Below, one piece after another: positions 25,625 to 38,896 of a stretch of 64,000 nt of DNA. A program made the translations under genes and the position numbers. The stretch covers positions 6,285,957 to 6,349,956 of the forward strand of contig MU053881.1 of assembly GCA_013239625.1 (NCBI GenBank). Reading direction: 5' to 3'. The notes under the pieces were generated by a model. It saw only the letters and a list, made by a program, of their open reading frames with translations. It made no database searches and was not told the DNA's origin. How positions within the stretch are numbered: the stretch's first letter is position 1; each line of letters opens with the position of its first letter. This stretch comes from Lama guanicoe. Lineage: Eukaryota.

Positions 25625-26400
25625 GTGGTGGCCATCTTGCTAAGGGGACATGTACCTAACAAATCTCTTAAGAGGCGTTCCCAATCTGCTTGAATAAGCT
25701 ATTGTATAAGAAAACTTGGAGCGACCACTTTGGCCTCGCATTTCCTTCGCTCCACATCCTGTGGCACAAAGCATGAACTCAGCAGGCTGGGGTTCAGGGC
25801 TGCCTGCTGCCTTGTGATAATCCCCTCTCCCAGTAGGGGCCTCCACTGATGCATGGCTAAGAACATGCTTCCTCTTTTGCTTGCACCCCAGTGGGGTTTC
25901 CATTCCTAACTTGGGCCCAAATCCAGATTGCTAAGGAAGGGTTCCAGATGCTGCCAGAGATATTTTTGGATTGGTTTCTAAACAATAATCTATCAGAAAG
26001 AGGAGTAAAGGTACAGTGTGAAAACCAGCAATACTGGTAATTTTGGAGAGATTCTTTCCTTCCCACCCCTGACCAGATCTAAGGTCTAACTACCACCTGT
26101 TCAACAGAAGCTGGCTGTTTGCCTCATTTTCCTTCAGGGAGCCACTGACTAAGGATCTTCACCAGCGTGAACCTAATGCCTCCCGACAGGCCTTCACTAG
26201 CCAAGAGGGACCCGGGTCGAGCGCACCAGTTATTGGTCACAGGACACACAGCCCATAGAAAGACTCCCGTGGTGCAACCAGCTGAAAGCCAACTAGAGAA
26301 GATGGGGAGTGTACATTTGTCCTGACACAGCTTTGCTCCTGCTGGCTGCCAACTCATTCCATGTCTGAAGCCAAGCTTCTGTTAAACTAGTCTTCTGTGG
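25625..26400. mobile_element. Probable old LTR element(s), family not assigned
   Basis: Abruptly GC-richer block with LTR-like texture; no coding or splice support. Confidence 0.3.
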
Positions 26401-27087
26401 CTAAATCCAAGGTAAAGCCTTGGGTAAATATATTATCTTCCCAGGTTCAGACAATAAGAAGCTAACCATGGCTATGGCACAAGGTTATTGGAAGAAGGCT
26501 TCATTAATTTTGGTGGAAGGTTTTGAAATCATGGTCTGAAGGGGCATCTCAGGCATTTTATTTATAATTCTTCGCAGTAGCAAATTTATAAGATGACATG
26601 ATTAGATTTTGGAGCAATGAATTGATGCTGGATGAAATTTGTGAGAGGGTGATGGCAGAGGTGGGGAACTGGGAAGTATTTTGTTTAATTTCTTATACCT
26701 CTTAAAGGTATCAGCCAGAAACATATTCTGGTATAACAGACACACGTGCTCTAGACACTGCTCAGTAACATGCTATTCAATGAGTAACTGGTTAGAACTG
26801 GTCACTTCAGAAATGCTATAATCAAGAACCTAGGCTGCTTTCATACCATGCAAACAAACTAAACAGAGGCTTTGCAGTTAATACTGCTTATTAGCTGACT
26901 ATTGAACACTTAATTATAAAATATGCACACTACAGGATTAACACAGTGCATAAAAAAGGGAATCAAGACAACGCACCCTTACACTTCTCACTGTGCATGT
27001 GCCTAATTTAATCATAACAGTCTTGGGCTGTGGTGAGATAAGTATAAAGACTAGTGATCCACCACAATAACCAGCAGCTCAACTCAC

Positions 27088-27147
27088 CTTAACTATTTTC
27101 CAAGCCTCCTCTGGAACTCTGGACACATCACTCCTCAGGCGTACAAC
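27088..27147 (-). other. Candidate in-frame cassette exon (60 nt), VVRLRSDVSRVPEEAWKIVK
   Basis: cctaaactctgtgctttttag|GTTGTA...GTTAAG|gtgagt; multiple of 3, no stop in phase 0, matching the host intron phase. Confidence 0.5.
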
Positions 27148-27863
27148 CTAAAAAGCACAGAGTTTAGGCACCTGCCACCTGGTATCAGGGATAAGGGAAG
27201 ATCAGAAGGCCTTCCCAACTTCAGATATAGGGAGAATGTGGCTCAGGATATTTATGGCTGTCACTTAAAATATTCATGGGGCTTTGATTTTATTCTGGAG
27301 GCTATGAGTAGAGGCATAGTGAAGTGCTGTTCAAAGCCTGGATGTGGTTATATGGATTACAATGGGTTTGCGTCCATGAAATAATTCAAGAAACCAATTA
27401 CTAAAAGATAGCCCTAAAAAAGAACAAATTATAAATAACACCTGACAGAACTATTTTTAAGAAGCTCTTAGTAATGTTCTTTCCCATGAGGCACTGTCAT
27501 TATGCAAGTGTAGCAACTGGAGCTAATGATGTAAGTAGACAAAGTCAACTTTTGATGGGTAAAAGTACATGTTTAATAAATGAAACTCATTTCTGTAGTC
27601 ATTCAGAAGGTAAGCAAATCATATTGAGTCTTCAACCACTTAATCTAATTCTTGCACACACACTCTTTCCCCAATTCTCTAAAAGCATGCCAAATTATGA
27701 TTATAGTGGATTTTAAGACTTTACTTGGTCCCCATCTCCACTTCTAACACCTTTGTTTTATTCATACATGTTTCCTATTAATACTATTCTATTTCTGCCT
27801 CCACACTGCCTCTCTGAAACATGTCCCATTCCCTACATCCAAAACAACTTCTTCAAGGGTCCT

Positions 27864-27900
27864 TCCTCGTTAGTATAGTGGTGAGTATCCCCGCCTGTCA
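27864..27900 (+). pseudogene. Tailless retrocopy of the 5' half of tRNA-Asp(GTC)
   Basis: TCCTCGTTAGTATAGTGGTGAGTATCCCCGCCTGTCA matches nt 1-37 of vertebrate tRNA-Asp(GTC) as recalled; direct repeats caaaacaacttcttca at 27840-27855 and 27899-27914. Confidence 0.92.
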
Positions 27901-28664
27901 AAACAACTTCTTCACCTTCCTCCTGTGAGATACCAAGTCTTTATCCCTCTGGGAAGAACAATCTGACATGATGGGTACAGGAATAACGGCCCAAGCAATG
28001 AAGAAGGGGAGCCAAAAATCATCCATATTTTTACTACTGTCCAAAAAGCTATTTTCATTTTTTCACTATACTCTCAAACTTTACTCAAAAACGTTGACCT
28101 TATAGTCCTTTGTATCTTTTACTTTATGTTCCTCACACTAGCCTAGTTAGTGACAACTCTAACTTACCCTAAATGCAACAGACCAGAGTTCACCTTCTGG
28201 TGGCCTACTGACGTCTTCAAACACTAAGACCCGGTTTCTCTGAGCAGCCAGTATCTGCAACAACAGGCGAAGTAGTCCTTCCACCCTCGTCTTCCTACTG
28301 AATACTTCTATGCTGAATATTAGCTACAACATATGCAAAAGTCCAAGTAGTAAACCAAGATAATATGCAGCTGCCCAGGAAGCATATTCTTCTTGCAGCA
28401 AGAAGACAGAAATGAGCAAGTCTCTATATATTTTATGTAACTTCAACCAGGAGGAAACAGAATACATGTGTGGTACAACACACACAGGGTTTTGAGTGAA
28501 ACTGCTGGTTGCTTGACAGGGAACAGGCATTCAATAAATGTTTTTATTGAACAAATTAACACCATAATTCTAGTTAAATCAGTTAGTCTCTGAGAGTCTC
28601 AGCTTCTTCATCTGTCAATTGGAAAGAATAATATCACAAAGAGTAGTATCACAAATTAGATGGT

Positions 28665-28915
28665 AGTCCAGTGAAGTGGTTAAAGACAGATTCTGAAGCT
28701 CAAGACTAGTTGGATTCTACCACTTACTGAGTTGTTTTGAACAAGCTGCTTACCCTCTAAACCTGTTTTTTTCAAATATAAAATAAGGATGATAGTAGGA
28801 CCCAATTTACAGAATTTTTGAGAAGATTAAAGCAGTTAACATACATAAAGGGCTTAGAATAGCCCTGGTACACAGTACAATTTCCATAAAGTACTGGCTA
28901 TTATTATTGTTATCA
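28665..28915 (+). mobile_element. MIR (near full length)
   Basis: agtggttaaagacagattctgaag...ctaccacttactg...gggcttagaatagccctggtacacagta. Confidence 0.85.
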
Positions 28916-28974
28916 TCAAATGCTGTATTATATATAGCACTGCAAGCATAGTGTCAGGAAAACTTGAAAAGTTT

Positions 28975-29213
28975 TTTCATCCTTTTCCATTATGGTTTAT
29001 TATAGGATACTGAATATAGTTCCCTGTGCTAGACAGTAGGACCTTGTTATCTACTTTATATACAGTAGTTTGTATTGGCTAATCCCAGACTCCTAATTTA
29101 TCCCTCCTCCATCCTCTTTCCCCTTTGGTAACCATGAGTCTGTTTTCTATACCTGTGAGTCTGTTTCTGTTTTGTAAATAAGTTCATTTCTGTCATATTT
29201 TAGATCCACATAT
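28975..29213 (-). mobile_element. 5'-truncated L1 3' UTR fragment
   Basis: gaatatagttccctgtgctagacagtaggaccttgtt...ccctttggtaaccatg...ttttagatccacatat. Confidence 0.85.
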
Positions 29214-32200
29214 ACTTGGAATGTTTTTAGTACACAGTATGTACCAAATAAACATTAATTATTAGCTATTAGAATGGGGGTTCAGTAAATGGCCACTAGT
29301 ATTATTAAACAAGATGTAGTCAAACACTAGTCTGACAGTAAGATTGTGAAGAATGCTGGAAAATGGGTATCTGTTCTAAACTGGTATATGAGTAGTTTTA
29401 GTAGTGGTTAAAGAAGACTGATAAGAGGGGAGAAAGCCCAGTGAAAGACAGCCTACCCCCTAGTCTTGTATCTTCTACCTGCAACTTCTGTCTTACAGAG
29501 GAATAACAGGAAACGTGATGAGAAAGGAGACAGGAAGAAAACAGAATGCTCTGTGGCAGCAGGCAATGTTTTATCTCAAGGGCTCATCTGTACAACCTAA
29601 GTTCCTGATCTCAAAGTCCTCATCTTCCTTTCTTGAGTCATCACAAGCTCCTGCTTCCTGTCTCCAAGGTAAGTTCTCATCTCCCTGGGTAAGTAGATGA
29701 TTTACATCCCTGTGTCCAATAAACTATCAAAGTCTTTCCAATTCAGGTAAATGAGTCTACACAATTCTCTGAGTTTTGTTTGCTAAATTAAACGTACACA
29801 GACAAAGAGTTCCAGAACATCATCATCAGAGTTTTAAATTATCAAAAAAGTTTTTGTGTGATAGATCTAGTAAGAACAGACAGGCACTGCCTTTCATACG
29901 TGAAGATACTTGATCTCTGACAGTAGATTATGGGTTAAGTTGCTTCTCCTACAGTAGAGTGGATTTGATCAGGTATCTAGGGTCTAGCTGAGTTCTCCTG
30001 TGACTGATGGCTAGCCAGAACTAGAGGTCCAATCCATGGTTGTAGAGATGAGATTTTTTTCCTTGGGAAGTAAAACAGCAAATATGAGGATGAAACTTGT
30101 GATAATGGTCTTACCAGTCATTACACTTAAAACTGATCATGCCTAGAATCATGTCTAAATACAGTTAAGCACAAAGTAGAAACCTAATACAGGTTAGTCT
30201 AATTTTGGAGATACATATGATCTCAAATGATGATTCCTAGGCATTTTTCATTCTACATTACCTGAAAATACAGAATTTGTAACTTACAGCATGAATAATG
30301 TTTTAATACCCAGTGCCTTGAACTTTAGGGACTTCAGGAATGTTAAGGTTGAAGAGTACTGTGTCAGTAAGGCAGCTGCACCTGCTGAGAAGGGTGGTGT
30401 TACAGTCCATGTCTCAGAAATGAAAATAACCGGGAAAAAAAAAAGAAAAGAAAAAAGGACAGTTGAGAACTGGAACCACCAAGGTGTGGGAGATTGTTCA
30501 TGGAAATGCATTTCTAATTTTGTACATGGGAGTCAATCAGAAAATGTAATTCACATTGGAGAAAGTTGTTCCAAAGCCAACTTTGTTTAAACACATCTAT
30601 TCAGTAAAGTAAGGGATACTGGTGCTGGGGAGCCACAGAGGCCTAAGGGAAAACAAAATCCCAATAAGTATGCCAAATGTGCTTCTATTATTTCAAGGTT
30701 TCTTCAACAGAAACACTATGGGAAGATAAAAGTTAGGAAAACACTGAATTTAAGTGACTCAAAATGTTAAAAAAAATTTTTGCATTTATGTTTTATAACC
30801 AAGTGCTTTTCCCACATTTGTCCCAAGGCTGCAGATGAAACGCTATATTCACCATTGCTAATACTAGCAATTGGAACATGCTCTTTGGCAAGGCAGAAAT
30901 AAGATAATTGTTCAACATAGGCTGGCTTTTCAGAAATACTGGAAGCATTGCCTGTAATTATAGACATCTGTCACTGCTAGCCACTCAGTACTAACCCTGA
31001 CATCAATATACAACCATAGCACTAAACTGCCTGCAGGCATAGCAATGGAGACCAGATACGCTAGGCAGGCAATCATCTGCTTCATCCAAACTATCTGTCA
31101 AAGGTTCCCAACCACAAATAGCTCTTACATTTTGTATCCTTAGGATAATATGTTGATTTATTTTAGATTCTCTAATATTTACAGTCTAGGCCATCTACTA
31201 AAATAAAGAAACAAAACTTATGGCTAATGGAGGCAGTTACTGTTCACAGTCATCATAAAAGGTCATAGCTCAACCCTCAAATGTTAAAAATTGATGGCAG
31301 CTTTAACCATGTGCTATCATACAGATGTTTCCTTCTGTAGAGGCAATTATTTTCAATAGCAATTCAAAATGGTAACTACAATCTTTCATCAGCAAGTATG
31401 TTGCCACATTGATCTAATAGAAATGCTTATATTTTAAAGCCTTTTTTGAGAAGTATAGGTAAGTTTCAATGATGAGTACTGAAGAATCCAGATTGTCAGT
31501 TTGGGTTTAGCTGTATATATAGTATGCTATCTGGCAACATTTTTTTACACATACAAATGATGTAATGTCTAGAAACTAGTAAGTGATATTGAAGGATAAA
31601 ATACTTGGTTAATGAATGAGGTGAGTGATATATAATTTTACTGGGTGTAGAGCCTTTTTTTTGGAAATATACACATCCAATTGCATTCATATTTTTATAA
31701 GCCCACACTACAGGTTTAAATGTCAGTTTTTTTCTCTTTTTAAGCAGTCAGAGAAGCAAGCTGAAAATTATTAGACACTCAGACTAATTAGGAATAAACA
31801 CTCACAATTATCATAATGTGTTACTAAAAAACCCAGATATTTCTTGGTTTGATCACAGCAGCCTATGCTGAAGGAAAACTATTAATTACTGACAGACAGT
31901 TAGCTTACAAGTGAGCTGCATCTTAAAAACCTCTTTTAAAATACAATTGCTAAATGCCTTACAGTGCTGTAATGTGAGACAGGTTCAAATCTTATTACTT
32001 CACTGAAATTAAAACCTAAGTTTTAATACTGTTCAAGTCGAACAATGATTCCACACTTTATTGCTTTTGAAATCCCTTGATGATCATAGGAAAAAATGCC
32101 CCCGAGAAAAAAAGACTGTTTTCGATAAACAGAAAATACAGTTTGCACTCTTAGCCTCTTTGTCATCACAAAAAAAGGATTTAATGCCAATTCTTTAAAA

Positions 32201-34349
32201 AAAGACTTTTTTCCCACAAAATGTGCACCTTGTGTGCCATTTGTAAAATCAGTTCACTTTCTTTTATTTATTACTGCAGCGCGGCAAGGCAATAAAGCAG
32301 CTACCAATAGCTAATAAATTACATGCCTTTTAAAACAATTCTCCTGCTACAAAAACATGTAACTACAAAGGTTTACATTTACATGGTACATCACATGAAA
32401 TGTCTATATTTGTGTCCTATTAACCATTTTGGCAAATTGTGGGCTTTTACCAAATAGCTGACAGAAAAAAAAATAAAGTGATTCACAAAGGTTGATATGA
32501 TAAAAATAAATATAAAATTACTAGTTTCTAGTAAACTACTCTTATGTTATTTGCACTTTCTAAAAATCCTCCAAAATTTATTTTAAAACATGTTTTAATA
32601 AACTATTTTACGCATCAAAAAGACACTCAAAGATGTTTTAATAAAGATTAATTTAAGCTTTACTCAGTGAATACTGAGATCTAAGAAATTACCCTTTCCC
32701 CCCTAATTTATGTTCCTAGTATCATGCAGTCTTAAAAAATCATAGCTCCTATGAGTTACTTAGAACAAATTGTAAAAGGCAAGATCACTGGAGGTAAGGC
32801 AACAGTGCCCCAAATCTGTTCATTAATATATTTTATATTCTTAAAAAGATACAGCAACTTGGTTATTTGAGAAATGCTCACATCAAACATGCCTTGCTTA
32901 GCTACAATCTTTCTTTTAAAAGGATATTATCTTCACATAGCCACAAGAACTGCCTAAAACCTTTCCTTTATAAAAGTAAGCTGTTTGTTTTTCTGGTTTG
33001 TTTATGTACAGATGAATTCTGAAGTATCTGTACTCTAAATCCAGGCTTAAATTGTTTAATTAATCAGGGTATTTGCTTAATGGTCTCATCGTCTAGTCTC
33101 ATGATGAGTATGTATTTATGAGGTAGTGTATAGTCTTTTATTATTAATTTCCTCCATTTCCTGTAAGAGCTATCATAGCTGTGGCTTTTTGTTTGTTTGT
33201 TTCATACCTACAAAATTTCAGCTTTGTTCAATTATGTATGATGAACATTGCTTCAATTTTTCAAAACACAAACAACTTTGATCCATTTCATACTCACTTC
33301 AAGATGATGGTCCACTAGACAAATGAATAAAAATTCTATATTCTATAGCACCTTATTTCTCCATTCAGATCTGCTTTTTCTCTCTCCTGAAATCAGCTTG
33401 ATTATGATAATTAACAGTTACTTATGAAATATATCTCTTTTTGAAAAGTTCAATGAAATAATTTTATTTCACAGTCACAGAATTTTTAGAGGGGAATCAT
33501 TATCACCATAAATAATAATATTCTATAAACCATATATCTTTTCCTATACAGAACCCAGGTATATTTCCTAATTTGTCTTTTGCTTCTTTTTAATAGTACC
33601 ATTGAAATCATGACCTTTCCCCATACTGCAGCTGATTTAAAAGGATAAAACTCTTAATTAGCAACCAAGAAAAATAGCTGACAAAATATCATTCTCTGTG
33701 GCCCTCTTATCTCCCTCCTATATCTCACTGAACAGAATTTTATTTTAATTCTTATTTAGCTCATTCAATATATTGTCTCTCTCAGATCACTAAGAATGTG
33801 CACTCAAAACAGGTAGGGCATATATCATGAACCCCATTTTTTTTAGGTAAGGTTAGAAGATTGCTCAAGATTACACAGTAAATCGGCTTCTCCTCCAACT
33901 TCCTATTCACAGTTCTATTTGACAACATTGCTTATTAGCTACCAGGAAAAAATATGTATTTATAGACATTTATTGTAGAAAATCCAAATTAAACTTTCCA
34001 TTGGGTGCTATTTCATTCACGGGAAATAACCTTGATATATCCTGCACCTATCTAGCAGAATAGGAGTAGTGGATGGTTCTTGGTGCCAGCTGAGATGGGT
34101 AGAGGAATTCAACTGTTTTACTGATTACTATCTCAGAAGTGATGGAACATTTACACTGTCGCTAACCTCCTCAACTTGTTAAACAATCTGAAGTATACTA
34201 ATACTTAGATTTCTTGGTTTTGTTTTGCAACCTTGAATGGGAATATGGAAAACATAAAACTGCACTCTTCTGGCCTCTTTTTGCACAAATATGCAATTAC
34301 TAGTTCTACTTTACTTATCTGTTTATGAAATACACAGAAGTGAATTACT

Positions 34350-34578
34350 CTGAATTAAACCCCAATCATTCCCCAGGAATCTTTCCTGGACTTCCCCAAG
34401 ATCACATTAGGTATCTTCCTATATGTTCTTACTGTTGTTCTGTGTATCAGTCATGGACTTATCATATCAAACAATGATCATCTGTCAGCTCTGTGTTCTC
34501 CACCTGTCTGCAATGACAGGACCATCTCTCTAGTCAGTATTATGTCCCACTGTTTAGCACATAGTAGGCAATTACATG
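34350..34578 (+). mobile_element. L2 3' fragment
   Basis: ccccaggaatctttcctggacttcccc...tttagcacatagtaggca. Confidence 0.6.
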
Positions 34579-34579
34579 T

Positions 34580-34980
34580 TTGTAATTTCAACATGTTTTT
34601 TCCCAATACCACCAAGCAATTCTCAGGGGATGCTAATTGGGTGTCCCACGAATATAACTCAATCCTGACCCTATCTATCTCGAGACAGTGTCAGATCCTA
34701 CTTGTTAAAGGCTCAGTCCACAAGACTGCCTCTAATTTTCAGACACCATTTGAGAGTCCAGATTGTCACCCGTGCTTCTGACCAAACAGCTATAGACTGA
34801 AGGTTCCAGGACCTCCTTCTTGGGTTTGATTACTTTGCTAGAGTGGCTCACAGAATTCAGAAACATTTTACTTACTAAATTACTTATTTAGTTTATTATA
34901 AAAGGATGTAACTCAGGAAAATCCAGATGGAGAAGATGGTTAGGGTAAGGTATGTGGGAAGGGGTGCAGATCCTTTTCCA
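34580..34980 (-). mobile_element. MER21-like LTR fragment
   Basis: ggctcagtccacaagactgcc, cttctgaccaaacagctata, tttgctagagtggctcacagaattcag, aggtatgtgggaaggggtgcag. Confidence 0.75.
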
Positions 34981-35289
34981 ATTTCCAGTCCTTAAAAACT
35001 GAACTTTGGCTGGTTCCAATCCACTATATCCTAATACAACACTGCTCTCATTAACAACATCTACTTCCAACATATGACTAGAATCAGAATAAAATTTCTC
35101 TTGCTTTTGTCACCACGAAATCAGACCATCTCACCCCACCTAACCCAGACTCAATCAATAGTGACAGATACAAGATACGGATTCTTTTATCTAGGATATT
35201 GCTCTGTCTTCAAGAATCTCAAACTTTGTTAAGGAAATATGGACACAGCAAAAAACACTTAAGAAGCAAGACTTGGGATTACAGTGAAT

Positions 35290-35525
35290 CATTTAATGAA
35301 TTTAGAGTTAGATGTAAAGATTAAATCTTGTACATGCCACTTTCTACCACTGTGTTCTTAGTCAAGTTACTTTATGGCAGAACTGGGGTTAAAAACACCT
35401 TTATCATAAGATTATTTTGAGGCCTACAAGATATGTATGTAAAATGCATGTAAAAGCTTATTATCCTAGTGCCTGGCATATAATAAATGATAAATGAGTG
35501 CTAGCATTACCATGGTCATTATTAC
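35290..35525 (+). mobile_element. MIR
   Basis: tgtgttcttagtcaagttactt...tagtgcctggcatataataaatgataaatg. Confidence 0.7.
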
Positions 35526-37279
35526 TTAACTACGTTTTAATTAACATGATCTAAGTATTAAGAATTATAAGACTGCATATTTGAATAGAACACTGAAGGT
35601 TGGAGATTGTGAAGGGCAGGGATGGGGGGATGGAAAAAGGGAACAATGTTTTAATCTAAGATAAAGATGGTGAGAGAGTCAGCCTGATAGAGGGGCTCTG
35701 TGGGAACTAAAACCAGCTAGTAGGTGGAGCTAGATTATGGAGGACCTTAGAAGCTGAGGACTGCTGGCTAAATGAAGGCAAGTGAGAGGTGTCTGAAGTG
35801 GGAAGGGCCCTATGATGCAAGTGGTATTTAAGATTTGTTTGACAACATTATGTATGTATGATGGACCACACCAGAGAGGTCAAGCTTTTATTCTTCTTGA
35901 GCCCTCTGTTGTCTCTGACACCATGTGTTCCTGCTTCATATTCTTACCTTGGTTTCTCATTTTTTCAATTCTTTCAGTTAGAAATTTGTTTTCCACAGCT
36001 GTGAACTGAGAGGGCCCCTCCCCATCCTTATGCACTCAGTTCCTTGGGGGAGGTTCACCTGCTCATAAGATTTTAATTAAATATGCACCCCTAAACTCTA
36101 AATCCATACTTCTAAAAGTAAGTACTGAAATGTAGAAAAGAAATTCCTCTCTACCTCAGCTGTATTACTAAAGAAAAGTAGTTAGGGTTGGGAATTGAAA
36201 AGAAAGGCCAACGTGGCAAAACTATGACAAGTTTGGCTCTATTTCCTTGAACAAGAGGAAGGTCTGAGGTAGGCCAGGAACTTGAAGGAGATTACTGCCT
36301 AAGTTAATTGTATAAGAACACGACATTATCAGCTAAAGGCTCATCTGGTTCCTCACTGTCTCTGATTATGACTCCAATGACCTACCCTCCAACCAACCAT
36401 GACCATTAACCTCAAAGGGTTAGAGACGTAGCCCATATATTTCTATCTTTCCTTAATTAGCTGAGAATCTTTCATCCATGAACTTATCAACCTATTGTAT
36501 TTTCATTTTGTGGCAGTCCTCAGAAAAACAAGGAGTTTCCCATAAATTTATTATCAACCAAATAAAGTAGACTATCTTCTTATTTTTTCTGAATTTATTA
36601 TAGGGCAAACAGTACTCTTGAATTTAAATATGTAAGAAATTTTCAAGTCCTACCAATACCCTGATTAAAAAAAACCAAAAACACCTGATCTTTCCTCTTC
36701 CAGGCTGAAGAGGCCTAATACTTCATACTGTTGATTTCTATCGTGTATATGTGAGCTGCGCTCCAAAAAAGTGAAATACAAATAGGGATTATATCTATTA
36801 ACTGTGTTTTTAAATCATTTGAACTATCGCATCTTTGGGGTCTCTTCTGCACAGACCACATTTTTGGGTAGTGACAAAGGCCAAAAAACATCTAACAATA
36901 AAGCCGTTCAATTCTGACGACATTCCTGAAAGGCTACCGGAGGCCTTAATGTTGACAGGCAGAAAGCTCAAGGAAGAAACAAACTAGCCATTGCAAATTT
37001 TTAGAAATAGGCCACAATTTTTCCTTTCAAAAAAAACCTTTAAAAAAGCAGAAGCAGAGGACTAAGTTCCAAGTATTATTTCTCAATGATAAAGAAGAAA
37101 ATAAGACGCCTACTGACCCTCAAAGGCTAGAAGGAGTCAGGAACTTCACAAATCAAGTGAAATATGCTCGCCTGCAACTAAGTAAAACCTACCATCCCAG
37201 ATTCCTTATGCAGAGACACTCTGTCACATACTGTGTCATCTCTTTGATATGACAGCATTTTTGAAAATCAGTGTAGAAG

Positions 37280-37480
37280 AGCTAGAGAAACTAGAGCTCA
37301 GCTCCCATCTCAAGTGTGACCCTGAACAATTTTCTCAGCTTGTCTGGGAATCAATTTCTTCATTCACAAAATGAAGATAATGATATTTACCTTGTAAGGC
37401 TGTACAGAGAATTGGCGGTCATTTGGACAAAATGCCTAGCACAGTATCTGGTGCACAGTAAGTATTCTATGAATACTATT
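37280..37480 (+). mobile_element. MIR
   Basis: gtgtgaccctgaacaattttctcagc...gcacagtatctggtgcacagtaagt. Confidence 0.75.
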
Positions 37481-38650
37481 TCTATTGAGAACATCAGTTG
37501 CATATCTAGAAAATAACTAAGCTTATAAAGAATTAGGAGTTTTCATTAAATTGTGGGTGCTTTTCTTTTTTTTTTAAGGAGAGGAGGATAAGTAAACAAC
37601 CATTTACATTCAATCACTGTGCATCTGTTGTTAATGTGTCACACAATGGTCGACTAGCAGTTTAAGCAAGACAAAAATATTGATGTCTGAGAATAAGTAA
37701 CTGGGAAGGGAGAAAAACATTTTAATTATATAACATATAACATACTGCACCTAAATTAAAAAGCAACTATTCTCTTGAGAATTAAACAGGAATATTCTAA
37801 AAGCACACTTTTTAAGAGTAGTATGGATTCCTAGCTTACTGTGAAAAATTCCCTCCCGTTTTTAAAGCTTTTTAAAAGCTCCAAAATGGATGACGGTAAG
37901 TAAAGAAAATATAAAAGCAGATGGTTCAGATAGTCTGAATGCAAAAAAAGCAGGTGCTTAGCAAAACAGAAGCGTTTGCCAGTTTGCCAGCGCTGCTGGT
38001 TCCTGCTTCCACATCCTGCTTGCAGCCCCCCACATCTGCTCACTGGTGCCCATGTGATACATTCAACTGGCTCAGAGGATGAAGAACAACAACCTGCAAA
38101 CCAGGAGCCTACTGAGATCTGCTATTTAAAAATGGAATTTCCTTTCTTTGCAGATTTCCCTCACTATTTTAAACTTAGAGAGGTGGAAAAATTATCTTTC
38201 TTCAAAATAAAGACACATTCCTTAGATTTAAGAAAATTATTTTACCAACAGCACACAATAAAAGGTTATTAAAACCTAGCTGATGGAACACATTAACATA
38301 GATACACGCAGTCTAACTCAAATTTTAATCCATGTTCGCTACTGCCCGAGTACAGTAAAAGAAGAAACGGCCATAAATTAGCTTCTAGAAAAGAAAGAAA
38401 GCAAACATAGTGTCTCTTTATCACATGCAGAACCAAATTACACATTATTTTTCACAAAAGATCACACTTTTGTTTTTCCTCTGAACAAATCAAGCTACAA
38501 ATTTCAAAGAAGAATATGATATAATTTAGAAGAAGGCTGAAAATATAGTAAGTTAAAAGAATAAAATGAACAATCATATGGTGAGAGGACCCAGACAGGT
38601 AATAAGAGTTCTTTCCTTTCAGATTCCCTTAATGGTGTGATACTGGGTTT

Positions 38651-38851
38651 TGAGAAAGAAAGAAAAAAAGAAGGAAGGAAAGAAGGAAGGAAGGAAGGAA
38701 AGAAAGAAAGAAAGAGAGAAAGAGAGAAAAAGAGAAAAAGAGAGAAAGAGAGAAAGAGAGGAAGGAAGGAAGGAAAGAAGGAAGAAAGGAAGAAAGGAAG
38801 AAAGGAAGGAAGGAAGAAAGGAAGGAAGGAAGGAAGGAAGGAAGGAAGGAA

Positions 38852-38893
<42 letters not shown>

Positions 38894-38896
38894 AAA
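38651..38896. repeat. Compound polypurine microsatellite (GAAA/GGAA/GAGAA)n, about 245 bp
   Basis: Direct reading; accounts for the three spurious K/E/R/G or F/L/S/P ORFs. Confidence 0.97.

Noticed and set aside
27170..27190. CTCF-like core ACCAGGTGGCAG (minus strand) beside the 60-nt exon candidate
   Set aside because: Lacks the conserved upstream CC; motif alone is insufficient.
27864..27900. Functional tRNA-Asp gene
   Set aside because: 3' half including the B box is absent and a TSD flanks it.
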